Shown: piece by piece, positions 19,153 to 28,732 of the stretch
Layout: each line of letters opens with the position of its first letter
How positions within the stretch are numbered: the stretch's first letter is position 1
NCBI GenBank assembly: GCA_977020255.1
Contig: CDROCS010002469.1
Coordinates: 124,001-188,000 of the forward strand
Origin: Obrimoposthia wandeli
Taxonomy: Eukaryota
Length of the DNA stretch: 64,000 bases
Direction: 5' to 3'
Made by a program: the position numbers and the translations under genes
The notes under the pieces: generated by a model
The model's input: only the letters and a program-made list of their open reading frames with translations
Database searches by the model: none
Told to the model about the DNA's origin: nothing

Positions 19153-20487
19153 CTAACCTCTAATCCCCCATAGTTCAAGCTTAAGCCCTGGGAATTCGCC
19201 ACCAATATGGATGGCAATGCCACCAGATTTTTGCAGCTGTAGCCAAAGATCTCCCGCTTGCTCTAGCTCAAAATAAACAAAACCGGTGTGGTAGGGAATT
19301 TGTCTTGGAGCAACTGGCATTGGCCTAATTCTAATGCCCGGCAATTGCACATTTACTAGCTGCCTAATTTGTTCAACTGGCCCAATTTTGACTTGTGCTG
19401 GAAAGCGCTGGCGAATGTCTTCAGTTGGGATATCCGCAGCGACCGCAAATATAAAGCTGGCCTGCTGTAACAGCGCTGCGTCGTTTATGACACCAACCCT
19501 AATTCCGTATTTTCTTTCTTGAATAGGTATCGACACCGCTGATTGCTCTAATACCATGCTCAAGGATTGGCGAAGTGCACTAAACACAGGAGCAAAGCTG
19601 AGGTTTAAATCATCGTGTTGGTATATTTCAAATTCAGTAGCTAACTTTTCATTCGCTGTAAACGTTGCCAACTCTCCTGCCAGTGCTATCAAAGTGCGAT
19701 ACAACTCTTCTGGATGCAGCCCACGTAAACTAAGCATATGACCAATAAGAGGAATATGACGATTGACGCACTGTAAGAGTAAGAAATCAGCTATTTCAGC
19801 CGCTCCACCACGTCCTGAAACGACAATGCGCCCTGCGAGTGCATCAGCGCGATGCTTTAACAAACTAAATAGCTCTTTTAAAAAACCGCTAATAACATAG
19901 TCTCCCTGACAATCAAGGCTGGGCAAAATATAGCTATCATCCATCAACAAACTTTTATCTGTTCGCAGTTCTGTAACTTTACCTATGCCGATGCAGCTGT
20001 ATCCGTCACGATGTTCGTCTTCACGCATCAAACGCAAGCGCAATTTACCCACTTGAATAGCAACCGTATTGCCACCCATGCTTGAGTTATCTGCTGTTTC
20101 ATACTCACTGGGAGAATATCTCGACATTGAATCTACATCAGCATGATTATCAACATCCGCAGTGCCTGGCCTGCGCAATGGAATACACAAATAGATCAAA
20201 CTTTCTTTAAGCGCTACCGATATGTCAATTGCCAGCGGTGCTTCATCATTTTCTGGAATGCTAAATGGCGTACCATCGGGGAAGATGCCGCTAGCCTTAT
20301 CGATAGACACTTTACCGAGGCCAAGCAATTTTTGATCGAGCTTACATTCCATTACTCCCCATGAAAACGGGCGTAATACAGAGCTGCGTTGCTCCACTAA
20401 ATTCTCGAAAAAGCGGGTATATTGTTGATAGTGATGCGGCCTTAGGAACATACCTTCTGACCAGATTACTCGAGCATTTTTTGACAT
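19153..20487 (-). CDS. tssK: T6SS baseplate TssK
   Basis: RVIWSEGMFLRPHHYQQ, GIFPDGTPF, ADFLLLQ, HPEELY, APRQIPYH, LELWGIR. Confidence 0.95.
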   Translation of the reverse strand: MSKNARVIWSEGMFLRPHHYQQYTRFFENLVEQRSSVLRPFSWGVMECKLDQKLLGLGKVSIDKASGIFPDGTPFSIPENDEAPLAIDISVALKESLIYLCIPLRRPGTADVDNHADVDSMSRYSPSEYETADNSSMGGNTVAIQVGKLRLRLMREDEHRDGYSCIGIGKVTELRTDKSLLMDDSYILPSLDCQGDYVISGFLKELFSLLKHRADALAGRIVVSGRGGAAEIADFLLLQCVNRHIPLIGHMLSLRGLHPEELYRTLIALAGELATFTANEKLATEFEIYQHDDLNLSFAPVFSALRQSLSMVLEQSAVSIPIQERKYGIRVGVINDAALLQQASFIFAVAADIPTEDIRQRFPAQVKIGPVEQIRQLVNVQLPGIRIRPMPVAPRQIPYHTGFVYFELEQAGDLWLQLQKSGGIAIHIGGEFPGLKLELWGIRG

Positions 20488-20539
20488 CTAACACTCCCTT
20501 TTAGAAATTCAAAAACGGATTATTTAGCGCCATGTAGCA

Positions 20540-22396
20540 TTACACGGAAACATCTTTATCTTGCTGCTTTAGCGCTTTAGAAATATGTTGCACTTGCTCT
20601 TCATAAGCCTTGGAAAAAGATTCGCCGAATAGCACCTGAAAAGTATTATCTGAATTGAGCACTTGGTTATTATAAAAATCATTATAGTTAACCCAAGCAT
20701 CCGATTTTTTAGTCATCGAGCGAACCGCATTAGTTAATACGTTAGAGGTTGCAGCTTCATCGACAAAATTGACAGGATGCAAGCGGCCCATCAACTCAGC
20801 AAAAGCAGACTGCATTCCTGAAATCATCGCAATTTGATGAGAGCGTACCTCTGCAACACTCTCTTTAATCGCCTCGTTAGAATTAAGGTAACCGCTGCTT
20901 TTATTTAGAAATAAAATACGCAGAGCCTCATCGACATTCGGGGCAAATTTTAGAGGGTTGTTCTCCTTTGGCCTGATTGTTGTCAACGACATACGAAATT
21001 CATTTTTAAGCTGTGTTCTAGCTTGCTGTAACTCAATTAAACCTTGTAACATTTCGCGGAACAATCCGCCAAAATCGATCATTGCCTGTACGCTATCCAT
21101 ATTATCTAGAGAGCTATCATTGATGCCAGCTGCCTTTAAGAAATGATTAAATAACTCGCTATCTAAATGAGATTCCTGAGCAGGTTTTACCTCAAGATTC
21201 TCCATAGCAGCTGTATGTGGAGCCGCTATATTCTCAGCATTTCTATTAGGTCGTTTTGGCTGGTTGACAAAACCATCAGTTACTGGCAAACCACCTCTCT
21301 CTATTGGTGAAGAACTGCGAGCATTAAGGAGCTCTTTTGTTACAGATATTGGCGTTTTTGCGGACATCGGTGTAGAGACAGGCACTGGCTTTACAACAGG
21401 TTCAAGGAATGAATCTTGGAGTAAATTATCTCGGTTGGATTGCACAGCAGCCTTGAGAGAATCATTAGCGATCGCTTGATCTTGACTGGCGTTAGGTACA
21501 CCACTTTTTATACCTGTTGGCTCTTCTTCTGAAAGTAATGATGACGGTATTACACTGGGGATTGAAAATGGATCTAGTTTAACCTGCGCATCGTGCATAG
21601 AGTGATCAGCACCTTTAGCAACGGAGCAATTTTCAAAGCCTAAGCTTTGAGCTATATCTTCAGTAATATCATGAGCAGTTTGATCAGCTAAACCTGGATC
21701 GTCAAAATACGGAGACTCATCAGCGGCTAGTGGATCAAACCCCTTATTGTAGCTCTCTTTTTTGGGCGATAACGGATTTAGAAAATCATCGGTTTCATCC
21801 CAATCGTCAGGAATTTGTTCAATAACATCAATTTTAACAGGTTCTGTTTTAGAGACATAAACTACGGGCGCTTGTTCTTGATGCTGAATATTAGGGACAA
21901 TAAAAGGATCGCTATCCGCACTTGTGTGATCAGGCACACTTGCCCAGTTATTGTCAAAATCATCTGTTAAGGTTTCATTTAGTATCAGTGCGCCACCTAA
22001 CGGATCAAAATCAGGAGTATTAATCGTCAAGCCTTGATCAATTGACTCTATGGAGGGAGTGATAGTTTGTGCAGCTTCAAGTATTGAAACTTGCAAGTCA
22101 TAATCACCAAAACGAAAGCGCCCATCTTGGTAGAGTGCTACGCTATTTCCCTTACCAATAGGGGTTAATGCATCGCTGACAAAGATACCGTTAGTACTGG
22201 TATCCGATAGGTAGAAAAGACCCTCTTTAAAGAACACCAACGCGTGGTGGCCGGAAATAATACGCTCAGGATCTGGCAGTACCCAGTCGTTATCTGGCGA
22301 TCGGCCAAATGTGCCACCGCTTTGATTAAAGCTGTATTGTGCTCTATCGCCAAGTGACTGGCTTTGGTAACTTGTGATTTTAAGGGTGACGAGCAT
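20540..22396 (-). CDS. tagH: T6SS-associated FHA domain protein TagH/Fha with long acidic linker
   Basis: FGRSPDNDWVLPDPERIISGHHA...DTSTNG FHA core; IPDDWD motif; ENNPLKF...H Q.AM..G...FG..F.KAYEEQ C-domain. Confidence 0.92.
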   Translation of the reverse strand: MLVTLKITSYQSQSLGDRAQYSFNQSGGTFGRSPDNDWVLPDPERIISGHHALVFFKEGLFYLSDTSTNGIFVSDALTPIGKGNSVALYQDGRFRFGDYDLQVSILEAAQTITPSIESIDQGLTINTPDFDPLGGALILNETLTDDFDNNWASVPDHTSADSDPFIVPNIQHQEQAPVVYVSKTEPVKIDVIEQIPDDWDETDDFLNPLSPKKESYNKGFDPLAADESPYFDDPGLADQTAHDITEDIAQSLGFENCSVAKGADHSMHDAQVKLDPFSIPSVIPSSLLSEEEPTGIKSGVPNASQDQAIANDSLKAAVQSNRDNLLQDSFLEPVVKPVPVSTPMSAKTPISVTKELLNARSSSPIERGGLPVTDGFVNQPKRPNRNAENIAAPHTAAMENLEVKPAQESHLDSELFNHFLKAAGINDSSLDNMDSVQAMIDFGGLFREMLQGLIELQQARTQLKNEFRMSLTTIRPKENNPLKFAPNVDEALRILFLNKSSGYLNSNEAIKESVAEVRSHQIAMISGMQSAFAELMGRLHPVNFVDEAATSNVLTNAVRSMTKKSDAWVNYNDFYNNQVLNSDNTFQVLFGESFSKAYEEQVQHISKALKQQDKDVSV

Positions 22397-22783
22397 GTAG
22401 AACGGCTCCTAAACTACCTGAGGCCTTTACACATCTATCACACAAAGGGACATTGTATAAATTTCTCACCTTGTAATTAAAAACTAATCACCAAGAAAAC
22501 CATCCTGATTTTCTACTACGCAGGTAACCCGATGTCAAAGTTAAATCCTCTGACATTCTCCGAATCTTCTATCGCGATAATTCTTACCAATCAAACAAAA
22601 AGGCTAGCACAAATAAATAATTAAAACATCTGTTTAAAGCGGTTTTACAGAAAAAATATTTGATCAGTAAATATACGATTTTGTTAAACAGTGATCACTA
22701 GTAATTTTTGTTATGGGGTGTAAAATAAAAATGAACGGACGATCTAGGTTTCTTGATTTGAGTGTAAATCATTAGCTTATAAG

Positions 22784-22812
22784 ATAGGCATCATACAAAA
22801 AACGATACCTAT
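22784..22812. promoter_or_regulatory. Imperfect inverted repeat ATAGGCATC-N11-GATACCTAT in the tagH/tssJ divergent promoter region
   Basis: 8 of 9 positions pair; function unknown. Confidence 0.25.
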
Positions 22813-22887
22813 TGAGCAGTAACAGCGCATAAATCTGGGTTAATTTTCAGCTTTAATAACGCAGGAAAATACTGCACAAGGAGAGTT

Positions 22888-23367
22888 ATGCAAAATATTA
22901 TTTATACGTTCAAAGGTTTAATATTGTTAATTGGCATTGGTTTGCTTGCAGGCTGTGCTGGCAAATTATTTGAAGACAAACCCGCCACTTTAGCGATTAA
23001 CATCACCACCAGCGCCGACCTCAACCCTGACAGCAATGGTCGCCCTTCACCTATCGTACTTTATTTTTTCAACCTCAAGTCAGACAACGCCTTTAATAAT
23101 GCTGCATTCTTTGATCTTTATGAAGATAGCCAAACGGCACTGGGTGGCGATTTTATCGCTCAACAAGAAGTGGAAATACAACCCGGTAGAAGCATTGTTT
23201 ACAGCGATAATATCCTAACTTTAGAGACCCAGTTTGTAGGTGTGCTCGCAGCCTTTCGTGATTTAGACAACGCCGTTTGGCAAGGTATCATCAGCACACC
23301 TATCAACAGCAAAACACGCGTGAATATTGACTTAAACAAACTCGACATGAGTATAAATAACCAGTAA
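22888..23367 (+). CDS. tssJ: T6SS outer-membrane lipoprotein TssJ
   Basis: Lipobox LLAGC, DLNPDSNGRPSP, F.NAAFF.L, VG.LAAFRDL. Confidence 0.92.
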   Translation: MQNIIYTFKGLILLIGIGLLAGCAGKLFEDKPATLAINITTSADLNPDSNGRPSPIVLYFFNLKSDNAFNNAAFFDLYEDSQTALGGDFIAQQEVEIQPGRSIVYSDNILTLETQFVGVLAAFRDLDNAVWQGIISTPINSKTRVNIDLNKLDMSINNQ

Positions 23368-23391
23368 GCAGCAGGCTTGGGAAATAACGGT

Positions 23392-23497
23392 CCCCGAGGC
23401 AAGCCCTCTCGCTTAGGCTCGCCTCCACTTCGTGGAGCGGGGTAATTCTAGTTACATAGGCTTTTAACAAGCTCACGCCCCAAGGGTCGGGGAATTT
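23392..23497. repeat. GC-rich nested palindromic element (REP/IS200-end-like)
   Basis: CCCCG[GAGGCAAGCC..GGCTCGCCTC][CTCCAC-TTC-GTGGAG]CGGGG followed by ACGCCCCAAGGGTCGGGGAATTT, in AT-rich surroundings. Confidence 0.45.
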
Positions 23498-23545
23498 ACC
23501 CTTAATGATTTAGGCTCCGCCTAATTTATCTCTATTAAAAGCAGG

Positions 23546-23830
23546 CTAATTTCCAGGCTCATATTTAAGCGCCGCTTCATCGTCACTGGAGTAGGCGTAA
23601 CACCCATCCCAAGATGAGCCTGAGACAATTGCAATTAATTTTGCTTTTCCGTTAGTGAATTTAACTTTAGCAAAGGCTGCCATTGACGATTCACGTACTT
23701 TGTGCTCAGCAATATATGCCTTCCACGACTCTTTATCCTGCTTTTCTATTAAGCTTTTAGTATCTCTAGCGCGTTTAATTTCATCCATTAAACGATAGTA
23801 ATCAATATCTACTATTCTAGGTTGCCCCAT
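23546..23830 (-). CDS. Hypothetical protein (94 aa), last gene of the large T6SS minus-strand run
   Basis: Natural-looking ORF with normal composition; no family recognised. Confidence 0.6.
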   Translation of the reverse strand: MGQPRIVDIDYYRLMDEIKRARDTKSLIEKQDKESWKAYIAEHKVRESSMAAFAKVKFTNGKAKLIAIVSGSSWDGCYAYSSDDEAALKYEPGN

Positions 23831-23929
23831 AATTCATCCAGCTAATAATATCCAGTTAACATCACTCATTTAAAACCACTCATTCAAAAATGAGTTTACA
23901 GTAGATTAGCACAATATCCAGCGTCTATT

Positions 23930-25186
23930 TTATCGGCTAAGTAGTTGTTGTTGCAGCTTACCTTGGGCACGTGTTTCAAAAAAAGGCCGGCCTATTAGTG
24001 CCAATTCCAATGCTGCGCCTTGGCGCTGTCGCTGATATCCTTTTAACAATACATTTTCGCACCCCACTTTACTCACCAACTCCCCACACAGATAACGCTG
24101 GCCTATTTTAAATTTCTGGCTATTGTGCTGCCACCAATTGGCGATTAATACAGGATTAGGCCAAGGTAAATCATCATCAACATCTAAAGCCACATCATCA
24201 TCTTCAGCGTTTTCACTAGGACCTGATTCAAAGCCTTCTGGCGCATCTGTATCTAAATCTTGATAGCTTAAATCGACCCCGCTTATCATCACAAAGGCTT
24301 CGCCGCACACCCGCGCTAGCTCAGGTTCATGCATATATTTCATGATGCCCGGTATCCAAAAAGGGTCACCGCTAATACCCGCGCCTTGCATTGCAAGTCT
24401 GATGGTTTTTGGATTTTGGGCCAATACCTGCAATGCGTTTTTTAATTGTGCTACCGGTAAAGTTCGCGCTACTAGCTGTAAGGCAACTAAGGCATATTCG
24501 CTGTTATTGATGACGTGGGATTTTAATCGGTCAATAGCAGTATCATCCCCCAATATTAGCGCCGACCAGTTCGCCCAAAAACTGAAATTTTGATTATCAC
24601 TGGTCGCAAAAACCGTTAACTGGGCTTGTAAATCTTTGCGCCCTAACTCACCAATTGCGCGCAGTGAGCGCGTTACTAATTTTTCATTTTCGCTAGATAG
24701 TGCTAACGATAAAGCAACCCCTGGATCAAATCTCTTTAACGCGCATAAATGAATACCTAAGCTCAGATAATCACTATTATTGGCTTGTAGAAAATGATTA
24801 AGCAACCCTTGAGTATGATGGATATCGTGCCAAGCTAGCGCCGATATTAGCGCGCGGTAGTTTTCAGTATTATCTTTAGCCAAATCCAATATTTGCTCTA
24901 GCTTTTTCCCATCTAGGCTCATAATCACCAACCAAGCAGCGACAAAAAACTCACCGGGCTCATTGAATTCCAACGCCTGCTCAGCCACTTGCCAAGCGTA
25001 ATCGCCCGCCACTTGCAACCCATCTAAATGGGCTGCTAGTCGCTCGTCTAATTCCGCTATATCTTTAAGGTCGTAATGGGGTTCTGTGATGGCTGCATCG
25101 CGTTGTAACCAGAGAAACGCAGCGTCTTCTGCATGACGCTCAATGATAGTTGGAATTACCCGCTGGATTAGCTTATTCATTGGCAA
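23930..25186 (-). CDS. TIGR02270 family HEAT-repeat-like protein of DUF2169/DUF4150 cassettes
   Basis: IIERHAEDAAFLWLQRD.A...PHY.L...LDERL.AHLDGL, GDP..IP, EAF..I.G.DL, DDDLPWP, QRQR..AALEL. Confidence 0.88.
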   Translation of the reverse strand: MPMNKLIQRVIPTIIERHAEDAAFLWLQRDAAITEPHYDLKDIAELDERLAAHLDGLQVAGDYAWQVAEQALEFNEPGEFFVAAWLVIMSLDGKKLEQILDLAKDNTENYRALISALAWHDIHHTQGLLNHFLQANNSDYLSLGIHLCALKRFDPGVALSLALSSENEKLVTRSLRAIGELGRKDLQAQLTVFATSDNQNFSFWANWSALILGDDTAIDRLKSHVINNSEYALVALQLVARTLPVAQLKNALQVLAQNPKTIRLAMQGAGISGDPFWIPGIMKYMHEPELARVCGEAFVMISGVDLSYQDLDTDAPEGFESGPSENAEDDDVALDVDDDLPWPNPVLIANWWQHNSQKFKIGQRYLCGELVSKVGCENVLLKGYQRQRQGAALELALIGRPFFETRAQGKLQQQLLSR

Positions 25187-25279
25187 ACACCCTTGAATTG
25201 ATCGATTAGCATAATAGCTAGGTTTATCGGCTATCTGTAAACATTTTAGCTTTTAAAGATTTACAAAAATCTGTTTAGA

Positions 25280-26281
25280 CTAAATTTCTAAAAAATCATT
25301 CATAAGCCTTCCTTCATCCCCTTCCTGTATTTTTTGCCACACAATAAAAGCGCTACTTGCACCATCTGCAGAGCCTCCTTTCACAGTAATCTGCTCTGCA
25401 TGTTGCTGTTGTCGAGCTGCTAGATCGAAATCCAAACGTCTGGCACTTCCTGTAGCAACATCCCTCATCTTATTAATACTTTTTACACGATTACAACGGC
25501 TACGAATTATTTGAGCCACAGCCCACATATCTTTTCGTTTACAGGTAGTGTCAGCTATTAAAAAAGCATGTAATGTTTCAGGTTTTCTAAAAACATTATC
25601 CATACCATTGGTTTGATTTTTCGTGTTATCAAATACTCTATCCCAAATTGTATCGCTTTCGGTAACACTCCAATCTTCACCACATTGACGAAAAATATCG
25701 ATAGGCTTATTATTCAGCCACGAAGGTGTGCTTTCTAGTTTTTTTGTCACAATGTACCAATGTAAGCGATGTGTATATTCACCATGGCGCGCCGCTACGC
25801 CAATATCCGTCCAATGATAACCGTGCTTTAATAAGTACTTACGAAAATCCTCAGGCCGCACAAACCCCGTTAATAACGCAGTACCCGATGGGGATGGTAG
25901 CCCCCCTTCATCCGTATGATGTTCACGGTTAAACTCGTATTGATCTTCCCAGATATCTAGGTAACTTTTAAGAATGCCACCCGTTTTACGAAATGTGCCA
26001 AGGTTTGCTCCACCATAAGTCACCTCCTCTGTCACTAATTGCCTTTTGTAACCGCCAAAACACGATCCTGTACGGCGTATGTCATTCCTTTCTGCTAAGG
26101 TAATTAATTCAGTATTAAGCATTGATAAAATGTTTATGCAAGCCTCTTTATCGGTAAGGAATGAAGCTATTTTGGAAAAATCTGCAAGATAAGATGCGTG
26201 TTCATATTCCTGCCCATCTTCAATTCCTAACATTGCTTCTAATTCATTTTGGACCTGTAAAACACTTTGAGCGGCAGGCAT
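25280..26281 (-). CDS. Uncharacterised protein resembling the LirA/MavJ (DUF5636) family
   Basis: Strong AAGGAG RBS; D.G....HGEYTHRLHWY and IWDRVFD motifs recalled from the LirA/MavJ family; assignment from memory only. Confidence 0.5.
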   Translation of the reverse strand: MPAAQSVLQVQNELEAMLGIEDGQEYEHASYLADFSKIASFLTDKEACINILSMLNTELITLAERNDIRRTGSCFGGYKRQLVTEEVTYGGANLGTFRKTGGILKSYLDIWEDQYEFNREHHTDEGGLPSPSGTALLTGFVRPEDFRKYLLKHGYHWTDIGVAARHGEYTHRLHWYIVTKKLESTPSWLNNKPIDIFRQCGEDWSVTESDTIWDRVFDNTKNQTNGMDNVFRKPETLHAFLIADTTCKRKDMWAVAQIIRSRCNRVKSINKMRDVATGSARRLDFDLAARQQQHAEQITVKGGSADGASSAFIVWQKIQEGDEGRLMNDFLEI

Positions 26282-26747
26282 AAATTTCTCCTTATTAACT
26301 TAGAAAGTTTTGATCTCGACGTGATATTCCTGTCTAGTCTCGTAATAGACTAAGCATATTGGACTCTCTATATACGGCTATAAAAAGGAAAATGATAGCT
26401 TCATAAACAGTATTTTTAGTCCATTGACTACTGTTGTGTAATTTCATAAGGCGGCTATTTTTGAGAGATAAGGCAAAAAGCAAGACCTGCTTCCATTTCT
26501 CTTACACACCAATTCCGTATTTCTCAGCAATACCCATAACTTTACCCTCCATGATAAAAATTAGTGATGCAATGATCATCTTGTGATTTTTTGTTAATTC
26601 TTTGTAATGAATTTGTCTAAAGGCTGCTCATGACTACTTGTAAATATGTCGTTGGTAATTTTATTGAGTGGTTTTTTGGATGGATAAAGCAAGAAGCAAG
26701 ACTTGACCCTTTTCCTTCTATTTCCAAAATATCTCTACCAAAAATAT

Positions 26748-27680
26748 TTATTGAAGTTTGACTAATTGCTGCCAATTTAAGTCTTTATATTCATAAAGAT
26801 CTTTTGCCCCAACCGACCAGAGGCATTCATTACATTTTGATAAATTATAAAAACTAGTATCCTGTTCTTTAAAAAAAACATCATTTACTTCGAGTAACAC
26901 TGCATCTTCAATTTTGTATAAAGTAGTTGAACTCGAAACAAAAGTCTCTCCTTTGAACTCACATATACTTCGAAACTTTGCATCTGTGACGAAATTGTCA
27001 ATGATAGACCATCCTAAACTTTCGCTGCCAAAAATGACTATCCCTTGACTACCGCAAATATAGATACCTGTTTCATTTAAGCAAGCATCATATATATCGG
27101 CGTTGGTAGGCAAATCTATTTTACTACTAACGCCTGATACCAATACATAGCCAGTACCTTTCCATCCAAAAAGATACAATTTATCAGCACAAAATATTGC
27201 TTTTTCAAATCCTATATATTTCAATCCCTCTTGCTGCAAATTGACTGGGATTTTAAGAGGAAACCAATTTCTAGTGTCATCACTTGTAAAGACAATGTTT
27301 CCTCCTCCTGCCGCTATATATCCTTGTTTGTTCGAGTAAGCAAAAGACCTAAATGCATTTATATTTTGGTCATCATTAATGTAAGTCAATTCCAATATTT
27401 CTTCACCATTGAAAATCCAAATCACTCCATCTTCGCCTAAAAAATAGCCATTAACTCCTACCCAAAAAACATCGATACAACTCGATGAAACAAATATTCC
27501 TTTTGCTTCTCCATCTTTTAATACTGCTAAAAAGCTGTGAGCTTCTCGTTCTTCAAACAATTGATCTATAGATAAAATTAACAAACCTATACTTGGCGAA
27601 AAAGGAGACGCTGCAACCAAAGAAATACCAGGCTTATCCAATTTAATATTTTTCATAATCTCTATACCTAAGTTGTCCAC
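26748..27680 (-). CDS. Probable cognate immunity protein for the DUF4150 toxin
   Basis: Overlaps the toxin stop; visibly AT-rich; repeated beta-blade-like segments (YIAAGGGNIVF, LYLFGWKG, IYICGSQG, LWSVG); same position as tsi7 in the P. aeruginosa vgrG1b operon. Confidence 0.7.
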   Translation of the reverse strand: MDNLGIEIMKNIKLDKPGISLVAASPFSPSIGLLILSIDQLFEEREAHSFLAVLKDGEAKGIFVSSSCIDVFWVGVNGYFLGEDGVIWIFNGEEILELTYINDDQNINAFRSFAYSNKQGYIAAGGGNIVFTSDDTRNWFPLKIPVNLQQEGLKYIGFEKAIFCADKLYLFGWKGTGYVLVSGVSSKIDLPTNADIYDACLNETGIYICGSQGIVIFGSESLGWSIIDNFVTDAKFRSICEFKGETFVSSSTTLYKIEDAVLLEVNDVFFKEQDTSFYNLSKCNECLWSVGAKDLYEYKDLNWQQLVKLQ

Positions 27681-28732
27681 TCGCTTGCCAGATTTGATGC
27701 TTTGTTAAACCTTGTCCGCTTAGCTGTATTCTCTTTACCTTGCCCTGGCCCATATTGTGACATTGACACTTTAGCATCGTCATCTTGAACACCTTTATGG
27801 TAGTCCATCAACTGAGCTTCAAGGCAGTTAATCTTGCACTGAGGGAATGTATCATTAGCTGTAATAGCCCCCACTATAGCCACCATTTCCACTTCTTCCT
27901 TTGTTCCTTTTCCACCCAAAGCATTAACAAAAGCTTTTCTTTTGCCCGATAACTCACCGTGCGAGCCACTACCTGCAGCATGCCCCTCTACACACATAGT
28001 GGGCGCTTTATCACAGTCATACTTCGACCAACCCTCATTTTTTGGCCCTTTTTTTCGATCTCCGCCAGTCACTATAAAAGCCTTAACGTCTATCAAATGA
28101 TCGCCCGTAAAACCCTTACAACAATTAGGAGAACCCGATCCTCCATAGGGCACTAATCTACAGGTTTGAGCTGATTGGCACTTTGAATCCCCACATTCTT
28201 TCTCTTTTGAACCTCCATGTTCAGAACAGGCAGTCTGTTCATTCTCTTTTTCTTTAGCACAAGGATCTTCGGTATTGCCGGATGCATCTATCACCATACT
28301 GTCTATATATGGCCAAGGAGGTGTATCTCCCGGCATAGAACCATGGTTATTCGTCGTCATATCCAAATGCCTAGCGACATTCTTGCCTTCAACTTTCACA
28401 TCCATCGACCAAGCCTGAAAAAAAACTTTGCCAGTGATTTTACTGGTAATGACTCCCTTCTTTTGAGCACATCCAGCCTCATCACCCATGCTTTTTTTAA
28501 AATATGACTTATTTTTTAATATAATTTCTTTTTTACTAATGACTACTTTTTTACTGCCTTTGGTGGTATCTGACGCCATTCCTGTGTTCGGATAAGGGAT
28601 AGGGATTCCAGGTGGAGTCGGAGGCACTTTATCTGGCGGTGTAAAACAGACATCAGGAAAAGCACATATAGTTTTTCCCGCAGCAGCCTTGCAGGATATT
28701 TCTCGGGTGTTTGCAAAGACACTATTCGCCAC
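27668..28732 (-). CDS. PAAR-like DUF4150 (PIPY) effector with C-terminal Tox-GHH2-like nuclease domain
   Basis: AFPDVCFTP...PIPYPNT, GDEAG, WSMDVK.EGKNVARHLD.TT.NH N-domain; C-domain CCKGFTGDHLID...APTMCVEG...HG. Confidence 0.85.
   Translation of the reverse strand: MANSVFANTREISCKAAAGKTICAFPDVCFTPPDKVPPTPPGIPIPYPNTGMASDTTKGSKKVVISKKEIILKNKSYFKKSMGDEAGCAQKKGVITSKITGKVFFQAWSMDVKVEGKNVARHLDMTTNNHGSMPGDTPPWPYIDSMVIDASGNTEDPCAKEKENEQTACSEHGGSKEKECGDSKCQSAQTCRLVPYGGSGSPNCCKGFTGDHLIDVKAFIVTGGDRKKGPKNEGWSKYDCDKAPTMCVEGHAAGSGSHGELSGKRKAFVNALGGKGTKEEVEMVAIVGAITANDTFPQCKINCLEAQLMDYHKGVQDDDAKVSMSQYGPGQGKENTAKRTRFNKASNLASEWTT

Noticed and set aside
22397-22887. Sigma54 (-24/-12) promoter for the T6SS operons
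   Set aside because: No TGGCAC-N5-TTGC match was found by eye on either strand here, and no enhancer-binding protein is in the window.
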